This document shows, piece after piece, positions 49,421-64,000 of a DNA stretch of 64,000 nt (the first letter of the stretch is position 1; every line of letters starts with the position of its first letter). The position numbers and the translations under genes were made by a program. The notes beneath the pieces were generated by a model. It saw nothing but the letters and a program-made list of their open reading frames with translations, did no database searches and was not told the DNA's origin. The DNA is from the human T2T-CHM13v2.0 reference genome, Homo sapiens: NCBI RefSeq assembly GCF_009914755.1, contig NC_060926.1; one strand, 5' to 3'.

Positions 49421-50042
49421 GTAAGCTTATACTTGTTGGCATATTTATTAAAGAGTTATTTAATACATGTTAAGTAATTTGATTATGACAAAGTTTTAGA
49501 CAAAGTTATTAATTCCACGGTTATTGAGCATAAGATGAGTAAGTTGCGACCCTTGCTGTCAAGGGTCTCAGAAAATACTTGTGTGTGTGAAGTGGGAGGA
49601 GTTAAGCAGAAATATACTGAAATACACTGCATTGTTGCTATGCCACCCAAGAGGGCCATCATCCCAATACGACTGGAGTGTGAGAGGGCTCAAGGATTTA
49701 TTTCCACAGGAATTAAATTCTCAAGTATGAGTAAGAGTAGACAGTGAGGAAGTGGGGTCCGCACAGTGCTCTTTGCAGATAGTACATCCTCTGCAAATGC
49801 ACCAAGACATGAAAAAACATGTTACGTTCATCAAATTGTGTACATAGAGAGTAAAGTGCAGCTGTGGTATTGCAGGGATAGGGGACATATCTCTAAATGA
49901 CTATGAATTTGTAAGTCTTTTAGAAATTATTTTGAAGGCATTATTGAGATTTACTTTCTCTCCTTCTTTACCTTCCTCCCCTACAAAAACAAGAAAATAA
50001 ATTTACAATCCTTAAATAAAATTATATTTTGCTTGCTCTAAG

Positions 50043-50125
50043 GCAGTGCTATCCAACAGAACTTTTTGTGATGATATAAATACTCTGTATCTGTACTGTC
50101 CAATACAATAGCCCCTAACCATTTA
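50043..50125. mobile_element. MER3-like hAT fragment
   Basis: cagtgctatccaacagaactttttgtgatgat...ctgtactgtccaatac. Confidence 0.6.
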
Positions 50126-50672
50126 TATTTAAAAATATACCATACTTGTTCAAATTCCTAATATGTTTAAAGAATACTTTTCACATAAAATTCATCATTT
50201 TAGATTACATGTTTTTTTCGTATTTCATTATTTCAGGCACCCTGGTAAAGAAGCACACATTACTTTGTAATACAGCTACACTTGGTGTATACTCAGATAG
50301 CCTTTATTTCTTCATTTAATCATTAAGAAAAACATCTCCATTTAACAATCTGGATGAATCACTAAAGCTCATTTTATAAAGACCTAAAACAAAACTTCAA
50401 TGATGCCATCAAGTCACAAAACTGGGTATCAAGTTAATCAGTCAAACACAGTGAATACTTTGCCCGATAGCTGCGCGATTGCATAATAAATCAGCTATAG
50501 GATAGAGTGTTTTGATGCCAGGCAAAGTTGGGGTCTGAAATCTCTTATGTCACATTTTACCCAAATACATTAATAGTGTATCCATATTTCCTTTCATTGT
50601 AAACCATTAAATGTTTACCTTATTTTTCTGTAAATTTTTCAACTAGTTTGATAATAAATTTTACAGTATTTC

Positions 50673-50990
50673 TTTGTTTGTTGTTTTGTTTTGCTTTTTA
50701 GAGTCAGACTCTCATTCTGTCGCCCATTTTAGAATGCAGTGGTGAGATTAAGGCATCCTGTAGCCCCAACTCCTGGGTTCAAGCAGTCCTTCCGCCTCAG
50801 CCTTCTGAGTAGCTGGGTCTACAGGTGCATGCCACCATACCCAGCTAAATTTTTTTGTTTTAATTTTTTTGTAGTGATGGGGGTCTCACTTTGTTGATCA
50901 GGTTGGTTTTGAACTCCTGGGCACCAGTGATCCTCTCAGATCGGCCTCCCAAAGTGTTGGAATTACAGGCATGAGTGACCAAGCCTGGCC
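50673..50990 (-). mobile_element. AluJ
   Basis: Diverged dimer (aactcctgggttcaagcagtccttcc); TSD agtatttc at 50665-50672 and 50991-50998. Confidence 0.9.
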
Positions 50991-51409
50991 AGTATTTCCC
51001 ATTTAACACAAGTATCTTATTATGAACGTGCTTATTTTCAGAATTATCTATAGCTAATATTAGAACTTGCAAACAGATGAATTATGAAGTACTTATGGAC
51101 TTTATAAAATAGACACACCCTTTAAAATAGATTAAACAGAGTTTTTCTAGATGTTGTTTCCTTGTTATATTCCAGTGAAATTCTATGTGTTGTTAATTCT
51201 TTTAACAGAAGATAGTCAAGCCATATCTCATGAATGAGTTAAATTCCAAAGTTAGTAAAAAAAGGGAAATTTTGCCATCAATATTTTCTTTAAAATTCTT
51301 CAACCATCCACAGATTACAGTATATATAGTTTTGTGTATACAATTCTATATCTGTGTGTTGTATGTATTTATGAATATGTAATGTTTATGGAGATTATAG
51401 TATGCAGCA

Positions 51410-51552
51410 AAGTGTATATATATTACATACATATGTATATATATATGACATATGTGTATATATATGTTACATATATGTGTATATATATATTACATATATA
51501 TGTATATATATATTACATATATATGTATTATATATATATATAAACACACACT
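51410..51552. repeat. Compound (TA)n/(TATG)n microsatellite
   Basis: tatatattacatacatatgtatatatatatgacatatgtgtatatatatg... Confidence 0.9.
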
Positions 51553-51879
51553 AAGCTAATCAGAAAGGAGGATAGAACTGTACATACTACCTAAATTTTT
51601 ATTTTTGTTACTTTTTCTGAGTGTCATATTAATACACATTAAATGTATATATAATGCAACTGCACTTTAATACTTAATTTCTATTGCTATCATCAATGAG
51701 GTATAATGTGATATCCAAATTAATGACGTTTATAAATACTGCTATGAAAATATAGAAAATAAAAAGCTCTGTTTTAATTATTAATGGAATAAAATATTAT
51801 TCTTTTGGAGGACTTTTGGGGAATTTCTGCTTTGGGCTATGTCATTGTAAATAGTATAGAATTAGCTCTCCAACTGGTA

Positions 51880-53060
51880 CTGGACTAGCTCCCCAAATGT
51901 AAGGAACTACATGACTGGACAAAATATATGAGGCAGTTTTTTTTTTAAGATGGTGGAAAATTGGCAAAGCAGGACCGTGATGCCTAAGAGAAGACAAACA
52001 CAAAATGAGCAGGATGATCAACCCACATATCTTCCTGAAGGTACTTTTCAGCCCACAGTTTGACCAGATATAACCCAAGCAGAGCATGGTGGCTTTCAGA
52101 GCTGAGGAGGCAGAGATCAGAGTTCAGGGCTGCAGAGGTAGCTGGAACTTGCAGCATGGTGTACACAGAAGGAAGGAGGTACATGAAATGTAGCTTAAGA
52201 AATATCTGTAATGGTTCTCTTCAGTCTTTGGCCACGTAACTAACTTGTGGAAGTATAGGATGAGAGAACATGAAGCCTGGCAGGAAACAGCACCTGGGAA
52301 ACTCTGAGCAAAATAGAGATTCCAGAGGTTGCACAGTGCTGGGAGATGCAGGAGTTCTGACCAGCCATAAGGGAAGTAACCTCACTGAATACTCTGAGCA
52401 TTTACTTAATATCCTCCACAAGCCATGCCACAGAAGCAGACCTAGTTGGTCCTAGACAAAGTGTTGCTTTAGAATTTTTCTCCAAAAAGCTTAAAGGTAA
52501 GCTTTGAAAAACTCGAGCTGATTCACTGGGAAATTAACTGTCTGTCAGAAAATAACTCTTTAAAGGAAGAAAACAAAATTCAGACAAGTGTATGTCCAAC
52601 ATACAATAAATAAATAAAGTTTATACGTATTGATTTATCTATAGATATATCTAGAAGCAGGAAGACATGTCCTATAATCAGGAAAAAGCAGAACCAGACA
52701 CAGAGAAAAGAAAATTACAGAATTAGCAGGCAGGGACTTTACAACAGTTATTATGAAATGCTTAGAGTTTTAAAGAAAATGGTGACTGTAAGGAGTGATA
52801 AACAGAATTAAACTGAAATTTGAGAACTGAAAAAAACATAATATGCAAATGAAAAATTTACTAATAGGTCTTAGAAGATTGGACATTGCCAATGGAAAGA
52901 TCAATGAACATGAAGACAGGAAGATGGAAAATGATCCAACTGGTGCACAAAGAGAAAAAAGCTGAAAAGAAATGAGCAGGGACTCAAAGAAAAAAGACTG
53001 AAAAAACATAAATAGAACCTCTGGAGCAATATTAAATAGTCCATCATAGGTGTGTATTTG
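51880..53060 (+). mobile_element. Ancient L1 (L1MC/ME) 5'/ORF1-region fragment
   Basis: gcagagatcagagttcagggctgc...gagcaaaatagagattccagagg...aaagatcaatgaacatgaagacag...aaatgagcagggactc (ORF1-like). Confidence 0.6.
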
Positions 53061-53528
53061 AAATCCAAGAAGAGGCTGGGCATAACCTTCCCTATTCTGC
53101 TAGCTTATTCCAATTGTTAAGTATACAAATTCAAATTATTTACTCAGGAAGACTGGAGTTGATCACTGGGTGCTTACATGAACCAAATATGCTGTGAGCA
53201 GACTTTAGCCAGGACTGTACTTATTTTCTGTTCCCCTGTAGACTCCCATTCTAACAGAGGGGTCATGATTCTGCTTTAGGTTTCTGAATTTGAATGACCA
53301 CTTCTTAAAATATCTTTCCCCAGTACATAGTCACTCAATTAAATAGCCAGGGGTAATTTGCAGAAAAATTGAGGCTATTTATAACAGTATATAATTGCTA
53401 TGGTGTTACGGAGTGCTTCCTCTACTGTCTGCCAGGGTAGCTCCAGCATTTCCACTTCACAGTGTTGGCTATCTTTTTCCAAGTTTTGAAGGACCACCCT
53501 AGAAGTGAATCAACCTTATTCACTGGAG

Positions 53529-58055
<4,527 letters not shown>

Positions 58056-58069
58056 TTCTACTTTGCTCT

Positions 58070-59125
58070 TTCCAGTGCACATGGAATTGTCACTAAAATA
58101 GATCGTATACTGAGCCATAAAACAAGTCTCTATACATTTCAAAGGATGGATGTCATACATAGAATATTTTCTGACCACAACCAAATTAAATTAGAAATCA
58201 ATTTTTAAAAATCTCAGGGGATTTCTCAAATATTTGGAAATTAAGTAGTATACTTTAAATAATCCATGAGGCAAAGAAGAAAATTACAGAATATTTTGCG
58301 CTGAATGATTAAAAATGCAGCATATTGAAATGCAGCCAATGCGGCTTAAATTGAAATTGATGGCTTTAAATGCTTATTTTAGAAAATAAAGTTTTAAAAC
58401 CAATGATGTCATCTTAGAAGCTTAAAAAGAGCAAATTACAACCAAGAAACATGAAGAAATGAAAAATAAGAGCTGAAATCAATAAAATAGCAAATGGACA
58501 AACAAAAAATCAACAAAGTCAGATGTTGGTTAATGGAAAATGTAATAAAACTGACAAATTTGATAATAAGATGGATAAACTCTTAATAGACTGATATCAC
58601 CAGAGGCTGGCAATAATGTAGGGTACCCAGGACTGTCATATAGGGTTGTTGGAAGTATAAATTATAACCCAGCAATTAAACTCCTGGGTGTTTATCTAAA
58701 ATAAATGAAGATATATGACCAAGAATATTACATGACTTATATAAAAATGTTTAAAGAGGCCTTATTCATGATAGCCCAAACTAAAATCCACTCAAGTTTT
58801 CATCAGCAAAATATTGGATAACCACATTGTGGAATATACATACATACAAGGGAATACTACTCACAGTAAAAAGGAGTGAAGTATTGCTATGTAAAGTAAT
58901 GTGGAATAATCTAAAGAAACATTACACTGAGTGAAATAAACTAGTTAAAAAAGAGAACATGTTATATGATACCAAATAAATGAAGTTCTAGAATTTTCTG
59001 GGGTGTTAGACATGCTTCATATTTTGATAATGTATACTACTTGGGTGTGCATTTCTCAAAACTCTGAACTGTAACGCTTAAGAGCTGTATGTTTTATCCA
59101 TGTAAATTACACTTCAATAAAAAGA
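58070..59125 (+). mobile_element. Ancient L1MC/ME ORF2 and 3' fragments
   Basis: gtgcacatggaattgtcactaaaatagatcgtatactgagccataaaacaagtctc (EN region)...tgtaaattacacttcaataaa. Confidence 0.7.
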
Positions 59126-59677
59126 TTTTGAGGTCATTTTCAAATAAAACAGATTTTTTAAAGGTATATTATATACTAGGCTGAATTATTCCTTCTGTTT
59201 AGATATCAAAATGTTTTTATACTTAATTTTTAAAATACAAGATTAGCCAAACTTGTTTTAAAGACTATCCTTTAGTTTATTTTGATGTGAATGACACTCC
59301 ATGTTTAATCATCTATTGTTTGTGGCCCTTGTCTTTCTGATAGTTATTTCCAAATTGACAAAAGGAATTGCATTTTAAAAAATTTCATGGGTAGCAGCAA
59401 TCTTCTGAGTACATACTTGGACACAGCAAAAGGTGCTAGTAGGAAATAGAGAACTAGTTAAGACGTGATTTGCTCCCTCACTGCACCCTCCACCCTCAAG
59501 TTGCAGTGAAGTTGTATGCTTTTTGTGCTTCTTGGCTGTAGTGTGTTAACCTTTATATGATTATTCATTTTTATTTCACAGCAAAAAAGAAAAAGAAAAA
59601 AAGGTTTTGATGTTAGATGGAAATTACTGATTTAACTCAATAACCCCTTAAGATGCTATTGACTTTATTTTTTATAG

Positions 59678-59795
59678 GTTGAAGTTACATTATGCATCTT
59701 ATGAACCGACTATAAGGGTGTTACATGAGAAACACCACACTTTACTGAAGGAGAAAATGCTGACCTCCTTGGAAAGAGACAAAGTAGTTGGGCAG
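59678..59795 (+). CDS. SPAG16: SPAG16 coding exon 7 (118 nt), (G)LKLHYASYEPTIRVLHEKHHTLLKEKMLTSLERDKVVGQ
   Basis: tttttatag|G acceptor; CAG|gtaaag donor; phase 2-0. Confidence 0.95.
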
Positions 59796-59963
59796 GTAAA
59801 GATATAGTCAAAGCTAACTTAAAATGATCTTTTAATCATTTTTTTAATAATACAAGTAGAAATACTGATTTTGTTTCTGAGATTAATTTTAAAACATTTT
59901 CAACCAACTTTCATGTAAAAGAGATCCATTTGGAAACATTCAGAAAAAGTATGTCTCCATTTA

Positions 59964-60301
<338 letters not shown>

Positions 60302-60349
60302 TTAAATTAAATATCATTTAATTGAGACATAAATTTATAGCAGATTATT

Positions 60350-60600
60350 AAATTATAGTTAGAAGAAAAAACTTAGCCATTGTGGTCAAACTTGGGTTTA
60401 AATGCCAGCTTTGACAGCTATAAACATTAACCTTAGGAGAGTCATTTAAACAAATTGGAGCTCAGATTTCTCATATATAAAATGTAGCTGCAAAGACCAA
60501 AGACATACCATTTAAGATTGCTGTGAAACTTATATGAGATATTTTAATAAATAAAAACTCCCTCATAGGTACTGACTCAAGTTTTTGGTTATTTTTGCTA
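60350..60600 (+). mobile_element. MIR
   Basis: cttgggtttaaatgccagctt...accttaggagagtcatttaa...ctcagatttctcatatataaaatg. Confidence 0.6.
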
Positions 60601-61013
60601 ATGCTTGACATCCTTTTAGGGTTTTTGTGTAGGCTTAGGCCTAGGGTAGTGGGTGAGATACCTTTGGCATAAAAATTTAAGAAAAAGAAACAAAATGTTT
60701 ATATGCCACTTTAAAACCATTTATCAGTTTTTTTAGAATATATAAAACTGCAACTATGCTTAACATTCTATTATTGTTTTCTGGAGATTTTCATTTTTGG
60801 CCAAACTTTGAGAAGCTACAAAAGCTTACATGATGATAATACTCTTTTGAATAATTTTATTTGTCAAGACATGCTTTAATCAAGTTTATTTTGTCTTTTG
60901 AGTGAAATTCTTAGCTTCGAAAATGCAAAACATCATTGTCTTGATGCCCCTTGTGCTTGAATTTAATTTTGTGTTTTGAATGTTTGAATTTTAAGTAATA
61001 TTGGATACAATGA

Positions 61014-61408
61014 TAATATGATTTGGCTGTGTCCCCATCCAAATCTCACCTTGAATTGTAATCATCCCCACGTGTCAAGGGCGGGACCAGGTGGAGGTAA
61101 CTGAATCATGGGGGTGGTTTCTCCCATGCTATTCTCATGATAATTGAGTGAGTCTCAAGAGATCTGGTGGTTGTATAAGCGTCTGGCATTTCTTTTGCTT
61201 GCACTCACTCTCTTTCCTGCCACCCTCTGAAGAGGTTTCTACCATGGTTGTAAATTTCATGAGGACTCCCCAGCCATGTGGAACTTGAGCCAATTAAACC
61301 TCTAGTCTTTTTTTTTTTTTAATATATTTTTACCCTAAAACCTCTATTCTTTATAAAATACCCAGTCTCGGGTATTTCCTCATAGTGGTGTGAGAATGAA
61401 CTAATACA
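61014..61408 (+). mobile_element. THE1D-like solo LTR
   Basis: taatatgatttggctgtgtcccc...ataagcgtctggcatttc...gaactaataca; perfect 5-bp TSD aatga at 61009-61013 and 61409-61413. Confidence 0.9.
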
Positions 61409-62289
61409 AATGAGTTTAACAATAATTTAAATTTTATGGCATTATAATCAAACCTTCAGAATTTCATACCCTTGCTTCTTTTCATCTAATCTGTCTTCCC
61501 CAGTCTCCTAACAAAAGGCTTTCTTTATTCTATATCCTGAGGTATTAGGAGCTAGATTCAGATCTCTTCCTATTTCCTATTCCAGATGGGCCAAGCTTAA
61601 GCTTTTGCTACCCATCTTACTCTCTTTAGTCCTCCTGGTCTCATGCTTATCTCCCATATACCATGTACAATATTTGTGTTTCAAGTTGCTCCTTGATGGT
61701 TTAGTGGAAAGAGCTAAGAACTGGGAATGGCTGGTATGAATTCCAGTTGTGTTGTAAAACACCCAAGTGAGGATTCAGGTTATTTAAATATTTCTTTTTA
61801 CTCACTTATTAAATAGGGATAAATTATTTGCCTTATGATTGATATGTGTACAAGATTAAAACATGTTTAAAAAGTTAAAATCATTTGATCTATGAGTTAG
61901 AGTTGAATTTTGCACACTACTGTTCAGATGTGCAAAGAAATATATCTTTATTATCTGCAACTGGTTTTGTCTTTGAACTCCTACTCCTGCTGAAGACAAA
62001 AGAAAAGATAACCTGCATATTAAAGACTATCCCAATCTTTGTGAGTTAAACCAGTCTCTTTGGGTTTAACACAGGGTGTTTGAATATTATATTAACTGAA
62101 TGTTTAGCTAAAACATAGTTATTAGTGCTCATTTTCTTCCTTCAAATGGCATGCCCTTTTTATTCTTCCCCAGATGGTTCCTAGTAAAAAAGTTACTTGT
62201 CTATCCGTATAGCTTAAAGTCTACAGGCTATATTCACTCTCCAGTGTACTGTGACTTGTTTGATTAGGTTGGTGTCCAGGTACATGAAA

Positions 62290-62333
62290 CCTGGATAGTT
62301 CTGGATAGCTCCTGGATAGTTCCTGGGTAGTTC
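62290..62333. repeat. Short tandem repeat, ~4 copies of (c)ctggatagtt
   Basis: cctggatagttctggatagctcctggatagttcctgggtagttc. Confidence 0.8.
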
Positions 62334-63047
62334 TTTTGTATGTGAACCCAACACACCTTGGTAAATCCATGGCCTCTGCCACAATATCTGTGAACTCCTT
62401 TATATCTGTGGCCTCATTATCCTAACCCTAGCTTTTTTTCTGCTCCAGTACATCAAATATTAACATTTCCATGTACCCCACTGAGGTGGTTGAGGCTTCT
62501 GATTTCTCTATATTGCAAATACAAGCCATGAGCAATTTGAAAACCAGTTAGGGTCCATCTACACAGATATACCTTTTTCAGTCCATTTTCAACATGACCT
62601 GGAGAGTAGTGTGTTTTTCTAGCACAATGTAAAATATGAAGGACTCTTTAAGGGGTTGTCAATTTTCCTAGGCTATTGCCTGAAAAGCTAACAGCAAGTA
62701 TACTTATATTCCTGGAGTATCCCTAGAGTATCTGGCTTTATTTGCCCTTCATTTCCAACTGGCCCCACTTGCATTTTTCACTTGGTAGATAAAGTAGGAC
62801 TCATGTCTGACCTGTTGTTACCTCGTCCCTCAGGCATCTCGTCCCTCAGGCACAGAACTCTTTTCACTTCTTTGTTCTATTGGATGGAATATCTTCCTAT
62901 CTTCTTTCATGTTACAGGATGCTCTATGTCCTCATTTGTTACAGCAATCCTGATTTACACCTATTTGCACAGGGGAATTTTTAATAAATTCCACTTTCAC
63001 CCTAAAAATATCCCAATTTAGAAAATCTTTATTAATGGGAAAATTCT

Positions 63048-64000
63048 ATTTTTTTATACTTTAAGTTCTAGGGTACATGTGCACAACGTACAGGTTTGTT
63101 ACATAGGTTTACAAGTGCCATGTTGGTTTGCTACACCCATCGTCATTTACATTAGGTATTTCTCTTAATGCTATCCCTGTCCCAGCCCCACACCCCATGA
63201 TAGGCCCTGGTGTGTGACGCTCCCTGCCCTGTGTCCATGTGTTCTCATTGTTCGTTTCCCACCTGTGAGTGAGAACATGCGGTGTTTGGTTTTCTGTACC
63301 TGTGATAGTTTGCTGAGAATGATGGTTTCCAGCTTCATCCATGTTCATGTCAAAGGACATGAACTCATCCTTTTTTATGGCAGCATAGTATTCCATGATG
63401 TATATGTGCCACACTTTCTTAATCCAGTCTATCATTGATGGACATTTGGGTTGGTTCCAAGTCCTTGCTATTGTGAACGGTGCCGCAATAAACATACATG
63501 TGCATGTATCTTTATCGTAGCATCATTTATAATAATTTGGGTATATACCCCGTAATGGGATTGCTGGGTCAAATGGTATTTCTGGTTCTAGATCCTTGAG
63601 GAATCACCACACTGTCTTCCACAATGGTTGAACTAATTTACACTCCCACCAACAGTGTAAAATCATTCCTATTTCTCCACATCCTCTCCAGCATCTGTTG
63701 TTTCCTGACTTTTTAATGATCGCCATTGCAACTGGTATGAGATGGTATCTCATTGTGGTTTTTATTTGCATTTCTCTGATGACCAATGATGATGAGCATT
63801 TTTTCACGTTTCTGTTGGCTGCATAAATGTCTTCTTTTGAGAAGTATCTGTTCATATACTTTGTTTTTTTCTTGTAAATTTGTTGAAGTTATTTGTAGAT
63901 TCTGAATATTAGCTCTTTGTCAGATGGGTAGATGGCAAAAATTTTCTCCCATTGTGTAGGTTACCTGTTCACTCTGATGGTAGTTTCTTTTGCTGTGCAG
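63048..64000 (-). mobile_element. L1PA6/7-like 3' portion, continues beyond the window
   Basis: ttatactttaagttctagggtacatgtgc 3' end; ORF2 C-terminal frames at 63109-63495 and 63604-63855. Confidence 0.92.

Noticed and set aside
50463-50545. tRNA-like or SINE-head sequence with a small CpG cluster
   Set aside because: No convincing cloverleaf or intact A/B boxes; at most a decayed SINE head.
51334-51543. Y/I/M-rich 69-aa ORF
   Set aside because: It is the translation of a (TA)n/(TATG)n microsatellite.
62290-62333. Short tandem array as a functional repeat
   Set aside because: Only ~4 degenerate 10-11-mers, consistent with slippage.

Overview
AT-rich, repeat-dense primate (human-type) genomic DNA, not prokaryotic. 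The window holds six internal + strand coding exons that I recognise as SPAG16 (PF20 orthologue, axonemal central apparatus), exons 2-7. They splice in frame to (Q)VTITEASEDDYEYEE-IPDDNF...TEIL-ERKTVLP...QSEW-YELIQK...KQAAD-KARED...DLKG-LKLHY...KVVGQ. Exon 1 and the WD40 exons lie outside the window. The rest is intron filled with L1 (L1PA, L1PB/MA, L1MC/ME), Alu, L2/MIR, MaLR/ERV LTRs and DNA transposons. Nearly all long ORFs in the supplied track are decayed L1, THE1 or Alu frames. I see no evidence for a wholly new gene system. The most interesting signals: (1) a U12-like acceptor before exon 2; (2) exon 5 read-through (EYVIF*) toward an L1MC-donated poly(A) signal; (3) an HML-6 LTR3 that keeps its tRNA-Lys3 PBS inside an intact 6-bp TSD; (4) several candidate regulatory splice events; (5) micro-scale insertion and duplication scars. 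Repeat subfamily names come from remembered consensus sequences, and boundaries of old elements are approximate.
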